A stretch of DNA of 64,000 nucleotides from Nitrosopumilus sp. (GTDB taxonomy: Archaea; Thermoproteota; Nitrososphaeria; Nitrososphaerales; Nitrosopumilaceae). The stretch lies in NCBI GenBank assembly GCA_965207445.1, contig CBDBLX010000002.1, positions 640,001 to 704,000 on the forward strand, given 5' to 3'. A program made the position numbers and the translations under genes. Below are positions 28,858-39,098 of the stretch, piece after piece. The notes under the pieces were generated by a model. It was not told where the DNA came from, made no database searches, and was given only the letters and a program-made list of their open reading frames with translations. The first letter of the stretch is position 1; every line of letters begins with the position of its first letter.

Positions 28858-29851
28858 TAATTATGATAATGTGAAGATGACTGATATGCGTACAGAATAT
28901 GCAAAGTCATTGATACGTGAAGGTAAAGCAAACCAAGATCTAGTGGTACTCGGAGCAGATACTACTGACTCACTCAAAATTATACAGTTTGGAAAAGAGT
29001 TTCCAGATCGTTTCTTTAATGTGGGTATAGCAGAAGGCAATCTGGTGACTATATCAGCAGGTCTTGCTGCATCAGGCAAAACTGCTTTTGCAAGTACTTA
29101 TGCGATATTTCTACCAGGACGTGCAGTAGATCAGATACGCAATAACGTTGCATATCCGTCTCCTTGTGGTAAACAGGGATTAAACGTCAAGCTTGTGGCA
29201 TCCCACGGAGGACTCTCAGTAGGTCCTGATGGTGGCTCTCATCAGCAACTAGAGGATATATCCATAATGAGAACCATTCCAAACTTTCGAGTACTTGTAC
29301 CTGCTGATACTGTTGCAGTCTCAGAATTGACACACATAATGGCAACTCAGTATGGTCCATTTTACATGAGAATGGCACGCTCAAAGACTCCACTCGTATA
29401 CGACATACATGACAATACCATAACAGAAAAATTCAAAGTCGGCAGTGCACCTGTATTACGTGACGGCTCTGATTGCACGATTGCAGCTTGTGGTATTACA
29501 GTGAATATGGCACTAGATGCTGCGCAAACACTACGGCGTGAGAAAGATATATCGTGCCGTGTACTTGACATGTTCTCTATAAAACCCATCGATGATCATG
29601 CACTTGAAAAGGCAGCTCGTGAGACTGGTAGAATACTTACTGCTGAAGAGCACAACATGGTAGGTGGAATGGGATCAGCTGTTGCTGAATCTGTCTCATC
29701 ATCGTCGTACCCTGTACCTATCCGGCGAATCGGTGCACTTGATGCATTTGGAGAATCGGCACGTGACAAGGAAGTTCCACTATTGTTGCAAAAACATGGC
29801 ATCACATCCTTTAATATGGCACAGCAAGTAACAAAACTTGTAGAGGTATAA
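28847..29851 (+). CDS. Transketolase C-terminal subunit
   Basis: FNVGIAE, GPDGGSHQ..ED and EEH..GG.GSAVAE motifs. Confidence 0.94.
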   Translation: MSDNNYDNVKMTDMRTEYAKSLIREGKANQDLVVLGADTTDSLKIIQFGKEFPDRFFNVGIAEGNLVTISAGLAASGKTAFASTYAIFLPGRAVDQIRNNVAYPSPCGKQGLNVKLVASHGGLSVGPDGGSHQQLEDISIMRTIPNFRVLVPADTVAVSELTHIMATQYGPFYMRMARSKTPLVYDIHDNTITEKFKVGSAPVLRDGSDCTIAACGITVNMALDAAQTLRREKDISCRVLDMFSIKPIDDHALEKAARETGRILTAEEHNMVGGMGSAVAESVSSSSYPVPIRRIGALDAFGESARDKEVPLLLQKHGITSFNMAQQVTKLVEV

Positions 29852-29856
29852 TTGCC

Positions 29857-30510
29857 ATGAAGATATTTCTTGATACTGCCAACTTTGATCTCATCAAAAA
29901 GTATAATGATATGGGTCTTGTAGATGGTATTACTACAAATCCGTCTTTACTTGCAAAAGAGAACGGCGATCCTGCTGATGCAATGAAAAAGATAACAGAG
30001 ATCATAAAAGGTGATGTCAGTTTAGAGGTCGTTGCTACTACCTATGATGGTATGTTAGATGAGGGACGAGCACTTTATCGCACATATGGTGATAATGTAG
30101 TGGTAAAGGTACCTATGACACCTGCTGGCCTTGGAGCATGCAGGCAACTGACATCAGAGGGTATACCTGTAAACGTTACGCTGATCTTTTCTGCAAATCA
30201 GGCTATCCTTGCTGCAAAGTCTGGTGCTAAATATGTCAGTCCATTTATTGGCCGTATTGATGATACAGGACACGATGGTATGCATCTGATAAATGATTTG
30301 ACTAGGATATTTCAAAATTATCAATTCAAGACGCAAATTCTAGTTGCAAGTGTACGTCATCCTGTACATGTCAAAGAAGCTGCTCTATTGGGTGCTGATG
30401 TGGTGACACTTCCACCTGCCGTACTTGAAAAAATGTTACATCACCCACTTACTAAAATAGGATTAGATAACTTTCTTGCAGATTGGGACAAGATAAAAAA
30501 TAGATCCTAA
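29857..30510 (+). CDS. tal: Transaldolase / fructose-6-phosphate aldolase family
   Basis: IFLDTAN, GITTNPSL, VVKVP and YVSPFIGR motifs. Confidence 0.94.
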   Translation: MKIFLDTANFDLIKKYNDMGLVDGITTNPSLLAKENGDPADAMKKITEIIKGDVSLEVVATTYDGMLDEGRALYRTYGDNVVVKVPMTPAGLGACRQLTSEGIPVNVTLIFSANQAILAAKSGAKYVSPFIGRIDDTGHDGMHLINDLTRIFQNYQFKTQILVASVRHPVHVKEAALLGADVVTLPPAVLEKMLHHPLTKIGLDNFLADWDKIKNRS

Positions 30511-30728
30511 TCCTTATCACACTTGTAGTTGTGTCATGTGGGTTTGATATAATAATTGCAGTGTGATTAATTTTTTTAGATTATTAATTATATGTATTTA
30601 TTATTTTGTGCACTTGTGTCATGTCACTTTGTGATGATTTTTACAAATATCATTGAGCACATTTTATTTATAAATTAAAACCATACATAATAACATGTTA
30701 ACAAAAACAAATGATGAAAAAATTTTAA

Positions 30729-30977
30729 TTATTTTGAGGATTTTGTTCCTCGACCACTACTTAGTTTGCCTTTGTATTTTGGTCTATCTTTTGGCTCTGG
30801 CACGTCTTTGAGTTTTCTAGATCCTGTTCCTCTACCTGATGTGATAGTTCTCTCACCTGATTCACGTTTACGTGCCTCTTGGATCTTTTTGAACTCTTCA
30901 CCAGACCATTTTTTGGGATCATTGTCGACTTCTATGGTACTTGTTCCTCTACCTGTTCGAATTCTTACTTTTGCCAT
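30729..30977 (-). CDS. Small basic protein with three (S/T)GRGT motifs
   Basis: 82-aa Lys/Arg-rich ORF with a TATA-like element upstream. Confidence 0.7.
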   Translation of the reverse strand: MAKVRIRTGRGTSTIEVDNDPKKWSGEEFKKIQEARKRESGERTITSGRGTGSRKLKDVPEPKDRPKYKGKLSSGRGTKSSK

Positions 30978-31125
30978 ATGATGGTTTATACCTACTTGTA
31001 TTTATCATGTTCTATGTGTGATTGTTTATTCAAAAACATATAATAATATAAACATATGGTCATACTAACAAATTATCGATTGTTTGTTATTAATTTGATT
31101 ACTCTCTTGACTTTTGTATAATAAT

Positions 31126-32295
31126 TCATGATATTTGCTGTGCCTGATTCAGTGACAAATCCTTTCTATATTTGGCAGCTAGTATCGATACTGCAACTCC
31201 TGCCACACACAATCCAATGTACAATGTAGTATCTCCAAATACCTCTGCTACTAGACCTCCTATTGCAGGGCCTATTATCCACCCGATTCCAAATAATGCC
31301 TCATATGCTCCTATTATTGGGCCCGTGGATCTCATTTTCGTTCTGATCAATATTGCTTCTAGTGTAAGTGGCAGATACACACTAAGAACAAAACCGATCA
31401 GCACAAGCGCTATTACAAATGCTGCAAAACTCTCTGCAAACGCTGATATTGCAAAGCCGATTGCTACTCCTGCTATACCGATTGATTGGATCTTCCATGC
31501 ATGCTTTGCAATCCTACCTGATATCACAAGCGCACTGACTCTGGCAATTCCCAAGATAAAATACAGGATCAATATCCCTCCCTCACTAATACCTCTATCA
31601 TTGAGGTGGGCGGGATATATTGTTAGCATCAACCCAAAGGCAATTGTACAAAATAATAGCACTGATGTTATGCCTGGAAACTTTACAATATTAACAAGTG
31701 CTGAGAACTCTAATCTGCGTTGTTCTCCTTGTTGTATTTTTATGCGATATTTTGAAGTCATTATTGATGAGATTAGTGCTGCTGCCATTACTAGTGCAGT
31801 TATCTCAAATAACAGTACATATGTTATGCCCATTCCATCAAGTAGCCATGCGCCTACGAGTGGCCCTATCATAAACCCTGTTACAAAGCATATGACGAAC
31901 TTTGAGATGTTCTTGACGCGTTGGCCCTTTTCACTATGATCTGATATTATTGTCTCACAGGGAGGCCAAAAGAACGCATGCGCCACACCTGATACAAGTC
32001 GAAATGCTATGATCTCTGGTACAGATTGCGCTATTGATAACAAATACACTGATACAGAGTTGATCACAACACCAATAGATAACAGATATCCACTACTGAA
32101 TCTGTCAAGCAATATCCCTACTAAGAGTGGAATTATCATATATGGGAGAAAGTTTGCTATGCCTATGAGACCTAGATCTGTATATGTGGCTCCTGCAACA
32201 TTTATTGCAAATATTGGTAATATTGGGCCATGTATGCCATATGATATTCCTATTATTACTGCTGTAATGTAAACTAGCAGTAGCGGTCTCTTCAT
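31126..32295 (-). CDS. MFS transporter
   Basis: G.LLDRF motif, FRLVSG; ~12 TM. Confidence 0.9.
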   Translation of the reverse strand: MKRPLLLVYITAVIIGISYGIHGPILPIFAINVAGATYTDLGLIGIANFLPYMIIPLLVGILLDRFSSGYLLSIGVVINSVSVYLLSIAQSVPEIIAFRLVSGVAHAFFWPPCETIISDHSEKGQRVKNISKFVICFVTGFMIGPLVGAWLLDGMGITYVLLFEITALVMAAALISSIMTSKYRIKIQQGEQRRLEFSALVNIVKFPGITSVLLFCTIAFGLMLTIYPAHLNDRGISEGGILILYFILGIARVSALVISGRIAKHAWKIQSIGIAGVAIGFAISAFAESFAAFVIALVLIGFVLSVYLPLTLEAILIRTKMRSTGPIIGAYEALFGIGWIIGPAIGGLVAEVFGDTTLYIGLCVAGVAVSILAAKYRKDLSLNQAQQIS

Positions 32296-32512
32296 TGCGA
32301 ATATTTCTTAATTTTCTGCTTATCACTGTTATCTTGTAACTGATATGTGCATAATTCTTTGATCATCTCAAATGAAATCCGATGTTGCGTGTGTATGGCC
32401 CCCCTGAGGCTTGTAGTAGATTTACAGAGATAAAAGGCATTCAGATAACAGATAATTGCTTGACTTGTGTGGTAATTCTGACTAAAGTACAGACCATTTT
32501 CACCTTTAAATC

Positions 32513-32625
32513 CATAGTAATTAAAACAATGATCCGAAAGTTTTTGGTCTTTTATGTCCATTTTTTGTTTCTGATCCATCGATGCATGTCTATGAAATTT
32601 TCGATTCTTTATTTGAAACACTATT
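32513..32625. mobile_element. 113-bp MITE-like repeat family C, copy 1
   Basis: Homologous to 38781-38893; ends CATAGT..ACTAT(T). Confidence 0.7.
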
Positions 32626-32905
32626 CAGATACGTATTTTGTATTTTTTGTATTTCTTGTCTTTTTGAGATGTTTTTGCAATTACATGCTGTATTACATGC
32701 TGTATTACATGTGACAGAGTTATTAATTATTCATATAATTAAACATGTCTAAATACACCACATTTTTTGTCACAAGACTGTCTATACAAAACCCCAACTC
32801 CCCCAAAACCATGCATAACTCAATCTTATTTTACACGCGTCGTTGTGTTGTACTGGTTTTATTGTAGGTTTTTGCTTGATATATGCCAACTTTCCAAATA
32901 GGTAT

Positions 32906-33760
32906 ATGAGACGCATCTTGTATGTCATAATACCTGCTACGATCCTAGGACTAGTCATATTCAATGCATTTTTTGGAGATACACTGTTGAGTTCAATGTA
33001 TGATCGCTCAATAAACAAGTATTCTATCTATGTCCATCTACAACCTGAATGGAAGAGTTATCCGGGCAACATTTTATATGATGTGACGAATGTTTGGTCT
33101 GGGTATGGTAATGTTGATCCGTCTTTACATGAAATCAATCCTGATGACATTTCACCTCTGAGTACATATAATAGAAACCAACTCGAATATCAAAACTCAA
33201 AGTCATACGTAGAGTTAAGACATGAATTCAGTGCCTGTGAGAATGATTGGAAACCAATTTCTTATCGATATGTAGCAGACAGTATTCGAAATTGGGTTGA
33301 GATTGTACAAGGAGTGCAGATTACCGGTGATGTGAATGTTGATGCATCATATCAGAATGCTGCACAAAATGATCCGTATGTGTGGATATTCCCAAATATT
33401 CATAATTCTGCGTATGATACAAGCTTGCAAGATGTGTTTGTATCTCAAGGTTATGCCCAGTTCATCCCAATATGCACTGCTTCTGTAAACTCTACTACTT
33501 ATGACTATTCAATAATGATAAATGACCCTGAAATAGGATTTGATGCATACTTTGTAAAGTCCGAATCTGATGCAAATGCATATGTGTCTGGTTTAGAGTT
33601 TGACTTTTATCAACAGGACGGATGCTATATCACAAATCACAACAGCTTTTCTGGAACTTGTTATGATGTACATCCTGATTCTGGACTATTAATCGTAATA
33701 CCTGACAGACTTGATCTGTCACTGACAAAGATTCGCATCAATCTACACGAGCATGCATAA
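32906..33760 (+). CDS. Hypothetical membrane-anchored/secreted protein
   Basis: Long ORF with an N-terminal hydrophobic helix; start uncertain. Confidence 0.75.
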   Translation: MRRILYVIIPATILGLVIFNAFFGDTLLSSMYDRSINKYSIYVHLQPEWKSYPGNILYDVTNVWSGYGNVDPSLHEINPDDISPLSTYNRNQLEYQNSKSYVELRHEFSACENDWKPISYRYVADSIRNWVEIVQGVQITGDVNVDASYQNAAQNDPYVWIFPNIHNSAYDTSLQDVFVSQGYAQFIPICTASVNSTTYDYSIMINDPEIGFDAYFVKSESDANAYVSGLEFDFYQQDGCYITNHNSFSGTCYDVHPDSGLLIVIPDRLDLSLTKIRINLHEHA

Positions 33761-33832
33761 TGATGGTGATAATGTGGTTGTCTTTTTACCCCGTACATTT
33801 TATCATTTTTAATGTACATGTTTACTGTAATG

Positions 33833-34885
33833 TCAATTTGTAGTCCACCCGTTCTTTTTAAAGTATATGAACATCAACGCTGCTGGAATTGCAGATGCAA
33901 GTATCAATATTATAAATGGCGTAAATGCGTCTAGTTCTGATGATACTGCAGAGTCGTTTATTCCTCCAGGCAACATAATATTCATCCCATAAAATGTTCC
34001 AACTACTGTAGCAGGTATGGCAAGTGTAAATATTATGGTAAGTATACTTAGTACCTTGTTTGTCTTTTCTGTGCTTAGTACATAATCTGTATCTTTGTAA
34101 ATCTCCATTGTCTCTTTTGATTCTTCTAGTGTTTCGATGACTTTATCTATATGATCTATTACATCATTATACATGAAGATAATGTTCTCGTCTTTGTCAT
34201 CTGAGAATCTCTGTACACCCTTTACTATCTCTTGTACTACTTTTTTGAGAGGGTTGGCTATCCTTCGAAGCCTGTTAATCTCTCTTCTGAGTAGTGCAAT
34301 ATTTCTTGCAGCCGATATCTTGTCATCAAACACAATGTCTTCTAACTCATCAAGGTTGGCAATTATCTTTCTTGATACGTGCATCAAATCATCTACTAAC
34401 TCGTCAATTATGGTGTGCATTAACACACTTGTGTGGGAATTCAAAAAATCATTGCTTTCATATTTATCGAGACCATTACTCTTTGATATTTTTACCAAAT
34501 CCGTCAACGGTTTGAGGTCGCCTTGATGTACTGTAATTAGAAAATCTTTACCTACAAACATTGAGAGTTGACTGTTCTTTGAGATTCCTGATTTTTGTGC
34601 TAGTGGTGGAAAGTGCAATATGACGAAAAAGTGGTCATCATAACTGTCAAGTTTTGGAAGCTCAAACTTTGTAAGACAGTCCTCTATGTTGAGATCATTG
34701 AGCTCGTACTCTTTTAGTAACTTTTCTAGGTGTTCTCTGTCAGGATTTTCTAAATCCACCCACACCAAGTTTTTACCTTGAATCTTTTCTATTTTTTGAA
34801 CGACTTTACCCTCATCGATATCCGTCTTGCCTCTTTTACCCTTTAGTCTGCTTGTTATGAACTCTCTCTTCAAATTACAATGCAC
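33833..34885 (-). CDS. corA: CorA-family Mg2+ transporter
   Basis: WVDLENP, PKLD.Y and YGMN signature with two C-terminal TMs. Confidence 0.94.
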   Translation of the reverse strand: MHCNLKREFITSRLKGKRGKTDIDEGKVVQKIEKIQGKNLVWVDLENPDREHLEKLLKEYELNDLNIEDCLTKFELPKLDSYDDHFFVILHFPPLAQKSGISKNSQLSMFVGKDFLITVHQGDLKPLTDLVKISKSNGLDKYESNDFLNSHTSVLMHTIIDELVDDLMHVSRKIIANLDELEDIVFDDKISAARNIALLRREINRLRRIANPLKKVVQEIVKGVQRFSDDKDENIIFMYNDVIDHIDKVIETLEESKETMEIYKDTDYVLSTEKTNKVLSILTIIFTLAIPATVVGTFYGMNIMLPGGINDSAVSSELDAFTPFIILILASAIPAALMFIYFKKNGWTTN

Positions 34886-35077
34886 TATGTAAGATCAAAT
34901 TTAAAGCGATCGTCGAAATATTTGTGTGTAGCAATCATTTGTCCTATTTGCAAGCTTGTTTTTTGACATGTTTTATGAAAAAGCGCGTCTAACTGTTTAT
35001 TATTATGATGTGATGTATACATTTGTGGGCAAAAACCCACTACTGTCTCAATTTTTTGTTCATATTATGATTGATGA

Positions 35078-35158
35078 TTACTTGAATGGTAACAGATAAT
35101 TCATACCATACCATGTTATTGCAAGCGCGATTCCCATCCCGATCCACCAATAACGCAT
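35078..35158 (-). CDS. Putative 26-aa single-TM microprotein (MRYWWIGMGIALAITWYGMNYLLPFK)
   Basis: Clean ATG-to-TAA hydrophobic ORF, GC-richer than the surrounding intergenic DNA. Confidence 0.5.
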   Translation of the reverse strand: MRYWWIGMGIALAITWYGMNYLLPFK

Positions 35159-35470
35159 AAACTATGTGATTTGTGCCCGATAATAAATCTACAGTACGTG
35201 ATCAGCATATTTGACATTTTATGATATCTTTGTGTTAATTGTGAGCAAGTTACACCTTATCTATGCATCCTGTCACCACAATACATGATTTAATTCACTG
35301 ACACACTTGACTAGTCATCCAGAGTGTCAATAAAACTCATTGAGAATAGATGTGAGTTGCCAACAGGTCGCCTTACTATGTCACTGCATCAGCATATGAA
35401 AAAAAGGGATCAGTACTAATGGTGGTTATACAAAAAACCCCCTTAAATTAACTGTCGGCTAGTCGGAATG

Positions 35471-35551
35471 GTAACCATTCAATCCATTCTCAAATTTAGG
35501 CACAGACTCGCCGCCTAACATCTGGTGCAAGTATGAGGGTTGAACGGTTAT
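35471..35551. mobile_element. MITE family B, copy 2
   Basis: Degenerate TIRs; flanked by GTCGGAATG / GTCAGAATG (possible TSD). Confidence 0.85.
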
Positions 35552-35672
35552 GTCAGAATGCTCACAACAACTCATCTAGTAAGTTGCATAGAACAATGAT
35601 ATGGTAGCATTCTATTGGTGTGTATTTTTTACATCTCAAGGATTAATTATGGTTGATGTTTGCTAACTACAT

Positions 35673-35745
35673 GGCCTTTGTAGTACAGTGGTTAGTATAG
35701 AGGATTGTGGATCCTCGGACAGGGGTTCGATTCCCCTCAAAGGCC
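35673..35745 (+). tRNA. tRNA-His(GTG) with encoded G-1
   Basis: G-GCCTTTG/CAAAGGC-C acceptor; anticodon arm GAGGA-TTGTGGA-TCCTC; GGTTCGATTCC T arm. Confidence 0.95.
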
Positions 35746-35802
35746 TCCTCTCTTTTTGTTAATAATTTTGCTGTTTGATTGTGAGAAATATGTGCACATT
35801 AG

Positions 35803-36162
35803 TTAAAATATGCCAAATTTACTTGATTCCATCTCTTCTTTAATGGCAAGTTTAACTCTTGATGCGTCCTTGTCTTGTATGTTATTTGAGAGCCATGTGA
35901 GAAATTTCTTCTCAATTCCTTTACCTTTGAGTCCGTCATAATCTACGGGGCCCATTATCTCTCTTAGTTTTTGTATCAATGAGTGATTTACACTCAACAC
36001 GAAAAAGTGCCACCCGAATGCAAATTCTGAATCTGTCATGGTAAACTCATCTTTTGTATGAACCATCTGCTCTAACATCACAAGTTGTTTTGTCAACACC
36101 TTATTTGCTTTTTCATAGTCTACTGCTGAGACGTTGATATGCAATCTTCCTTCTGCCATCAT
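35803..36162 (-). CDS. Hypothetical protein
   Basis: 119-aa ORF co-oriented in a run of minus-strand genes. Confidence 0.75.
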   Translation of the reverse strand: MMAEGRLHINVSAVDYEKANKVLTKQLVMLEQMVHTKDEFTMTDSEFAFGWHFFVLSVNHSLIQKLREIMGPVDYDGLKGKGIEKKFLTWLSNNIQDKDASRVKLAIKEEMESSKFGIF

Positions 36163-36200
36163 GATTTTTGTATGTCTATATGAAATAAAAAGATTGCACG

Positions 36201-37046
36201 TTATGTACTTTTTATCAAATACTCAAAGTCAATATCAAAGTTCATCTTCATCAGTTTCACATAAGTTGAGATTGACTCTGGTATTTTATCACCACATGCC
36301 ACTCCAATATTCCATGCATTTATCCATATTGTCAGAGTTTGTATAATTGTCAGAAATCTATCATTCTTTGTATCCGGCGGTCCTAATGCTTTTGTGTATC
36401 TTTCTGCGTATTCCCATGCAGTGACAAAATCTATACATTTCTTACCAAATATTGCTTGCAACTGCTCACGTGTATCATTTGCCTGTCTAAAAGGAGCCTT
36501 GCACATGACATATGGAAAATCTATTGAATCTGGCAGACAACCTGGCAATGGACTCCACACGGTAATTATTCTTGCGCCATTTAATTCTCTGAACTTGTCT
36601 GTCATTATATCTATTAACTCTGTATCGTTTACAAACCAGAACAAGACTACTGTTGCATCTGATATGTCTATGTGTTGTATGTTATTACATATTAGTTTGT
36701 ACTTGCCATTATAATTATTCTGTTCATTTTTATCGTTGTTGTATTTTGAATATTTGTCAAGTTCATTATGATTCATTAACGCATCTCGCGTCTTTTCTAT
36801 TTTTGAGCAATCCGAATCTACCCCTATTGCGAATTTGACATCAAATTCTGACAATGCAATTTTAATACCATCACCATTGCCGCCACACCCTAGATGATAA
36901 AACACGTCATTTTCGCCAAGACCCACTAACCTGAACATATCTCTAAGAGATTTTTGACTCAACTCTGCATCCTTACCACTCATTATATCCTCTGGTAATG
37001 TCTGCAAGTACTCTTCTATCTTCAACGAGTCACCACCACTACCCAT
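36201..37046 (-). CDS. Class I SAM-dependent methyltransferase-like protein
   Basis: DVFYHLGCG, IGVD and DISDATVV motifs. Confidence 0.75.
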   Translation of the reverse strand: MGSGGDSLKIEEYLQTLPEDIMSGKDAELSQKSLRDMFRLVGLGENDVFYHLGCGGNGDGIKIALSEFDVKFAIGVDSDCSKIEKTRDALMNHNELDKYSKYNNDKNEQNNYNGKYKLICNNIQHIDISDATVVLFWFVNDTELIDIMTDKFRELNGARIITVWSPLPGCLPDSIDFPYVMCKAPFRQANDTREQLQAIFGKKCIDFVTAWEYAERYTKALGPPDTKNDRFLTIIQTLTIWINAWNIGVACGDKIPESISTYVKLMKMNFDIDFEYLIKST

Positions 37047-37070
37047 ATCACCTGTTAATTATTGATGGTG

Positions 37071-37340
37071 TTACTCTCTGATACTTTCAAGCTTTGAGAC
37101 TGCCTGCCAGAGTTGTGTTCTTACATATGATGGCATATTTGGATCTTGTGTAACATCATCAAGTATACTTATTGCATTTGCTGCTCTAACTGACATTGAA
37201 TACTCTGTTCCTTTGAGTTCTGTTACGAGATCAATAATTGATTTTTTTATCGTCTTTGGCGTAGTACTACTCTCTATTATCTGATTGAGTGTTGCAAGCG
37301 CGTCTCTCATAGATTCTTGATTTTGTTCATTGTCTGTCAT
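37071..37340 (-). CDS. UPF0147 family protein
   Basis: VRAANAIS.LDD..QDPNMPSY.RT.LW..VS.LESI pattern. Confidence 0.9.
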   Translation of the reverse strand: MTDNEQNQESMRDALATLNQIIESSTTPKTIKKSIIDLVTELKGTEYSMSVRAANAISILDDVTQDPNMPSYVRTQLWQAVSKLESIRE

Positions 37341-37450
37341 ACATTATCTCTCTTTTTAGTCCGTAATATAGTTAAAGATGAATACTCCCAACTTCTTTAT
37401 GGTTATATAATGTTGACAATATGATATAGTTGAACTTTGTGTTGTTTGAG

Positions 37451-37765
37451 TTATGTCTCCACAAACACATTTCCTGACTCTACACTAGTCTTGTAAGATC
37501 CCAAGTTTCGTATTGGGGCGGGAAATTTTGCAAGATTTCCTGTCTTACAATCAAACTCTGCTTTGTGCCATCCACAAGTTATTGTACAGTTGTCGTCTTT
37601 TAAGGTGCCCTCTGAGAGAGATGCTCCTGCATGTGTACATGTGTCATCTACTGCATAGTATGTGTCGCCTGCGTTGACCACTAGTATATCTAACCCATTT
37701 ATTGTAAACTTTTTCATTTTGCCTTGTGCAATCTCTGATTCGTTACAGATCAAATGTCTTCCCAT
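37451..37765 (-). CDS. Rieske [2Fe-2S] ferredoxin
   Basis: CTH..LSEG..CGWH.AEFD motif. Confidence 0.92.
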   Translation of the reverse strand: MGRHLICNESEIAQGKMKKFTINGLDILVVNAGDTYYAVDDTCTHAGASLSEGTLKDDNCTITCGWHKAEFDCKTGNLAKFPAPIRNLGSYKTSVESGNVFVET

Positions 37766-37803
37766 GCTATTGTTTTTAACTTTGAGTTTTAATATCTTAC
37801 TAG

Positions 37804-38727
37804 ATGGAGTCCATTCGAAAGGTATGTGAGTCTGACAAAAAATACGTCTTAGAATATTGTAAAGATACGTTTAGCTGGGGTGACTATATCAGTTATGTAT
37901 GGGATGATTGGATAACTGATGGTGATTTTTTAGCATATGATGATTGTATATCTTCTGATACGTCAACTACCTGTATGCGTCCTGTTGGTATATGTCACGT
38001 ACACTCATCTGATAAACAGATCTGGGTGGAGGGCATACGTGTTCACCCTCTATATAGGCGTCGTGGCATTGCAACTAAACTTGTAATGGCAGCAGAAGAA
38101 AAATTGATACTATTACATAACACCCCTCATACAGACAAATCCGCAACATTTTACGATAAATGCACTATGGCATCTCGTATGCTCATTGATGCCAAAAATG
38201 ATTCGTCACTATTTATGGCAGATAATCTTGGTTATAATATAATTGGCACTTGGTCATATTATAAACTACAACCAAAACAGTATTCATCAGATCAGATACA
38301 TGTGATGTTTACTATAATTGACACTGTTGATTCTAATGTGTATGAATATTATGTGGATTCTTGGAGATGGTTTCAGACTCGTACACTATACGATACATTA
38401 TCTAAAAGCATGATCGTGTCAATACCAGAGTCATCTGATGTTGATACATGTCTTGATGGACAAAAATTACCCCCACTCACAGCAATAATCGTAATATCAA
38501 AGTCAGTTGAAGGAAATGGACTTTGTATGTACGTTACATTATACTCTACTAGTTCTTCAAATTATACAAAAACACTGATCAAATATTTGCGTAATGTGGC
38601 ATTTGAGCATAACTGTGAACATATTTGTGTATTCGCACAACAACATGATGTATTGCCTCTTTGTGATGGACTCGAGAAGAGTTTTACATTTCATCTTGTG
38701 GAAAAAATGTTTGCCACATTATCATAA
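37804..38727 (+). CDS. GNAT-family acetyltransferase
   Basis: WVEGIRVHPLYRRRGIA acetyl-CoA motif. Confidence 0.85.
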   Translation: MESIRKVCESDKKYVLEYCKDTFSWGDYISYVWDDWITDGDFLAYDDCISSDTSTTCMRPVGICHVHSSDKQIWVEGIRVHPLYRRRGIATKLVMAAEEKLILLHNTPHTDKSATFYDKCTMASRMLIDAKNDSSLFMADNLGYNIIGTWSYYKLQPKQYSSDQIHVMFTIIDTVDSNVYEYYVDSWRWFQTRTLYDTLSKSMIVSIPESSDVDTCLDGQKLPPLTAIIVISKSVEGNGLCMYVTLYSTSSSNYTKTLIKYLRNVAFEHNCEHICVFAQQHDVLPLCDGLEKSFTFHLVEKMFATLS

Positions 38728-38780
38728 TTGTATTCGTTTGAGTTGTAAACGAAATATTTTGGTGTGGCAAGTAACTGACT

Positions 38781-38893
38781 CATAGTAGTTAACACAACGA
38801 TCCGAAATTTTTTGGTCTTTTATGTTCATTTATTATTTCTAATCCATCGATGTTTGTCTATGGAATTTTCGATTCTTTATTTGAAATACTATG
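38781..38893. mobile_element. 113-bp MITE-like repeat family C, copy 2
   Basis: Terminal IR CATAGTA / TACTATG; homologous to 32513-32625. Confidence 0.72.
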
Positions 38894-38964
38894 CACGTGC
38901 AGTCTGAAATTTGTCTGCATAACCACACTTGCTTTGGTCAACGATTAACGCAACAATATCAATT

Positions 38965-39045
38965 GTAACCGTTCAACCTTTTCCCAAATTTAGGCACAAA
39001 TTCACCGCCTAACGTCTGGCGCAGGTACGGGGGTTGAACGGTTAC
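38965..39045. mobile_element. MITE family B, copy 3
   Basis: Perfect 14-bp TIR GTAACCGTTCAACC / GGTTGAACGGTTAC. Confidence 0.9.
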
Positions 39046-39098
39046 GTACATATCCTCTATTATGATTGTATATTTGATTATAACTATTTTATTATAGT

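Noticed and set aside
32292..32714. 109-aa and 110-aa ORFs
   Set aside because: They run through the 113-bp repeat and AT-rich spacer with no recognisable motifs and are likely spurious
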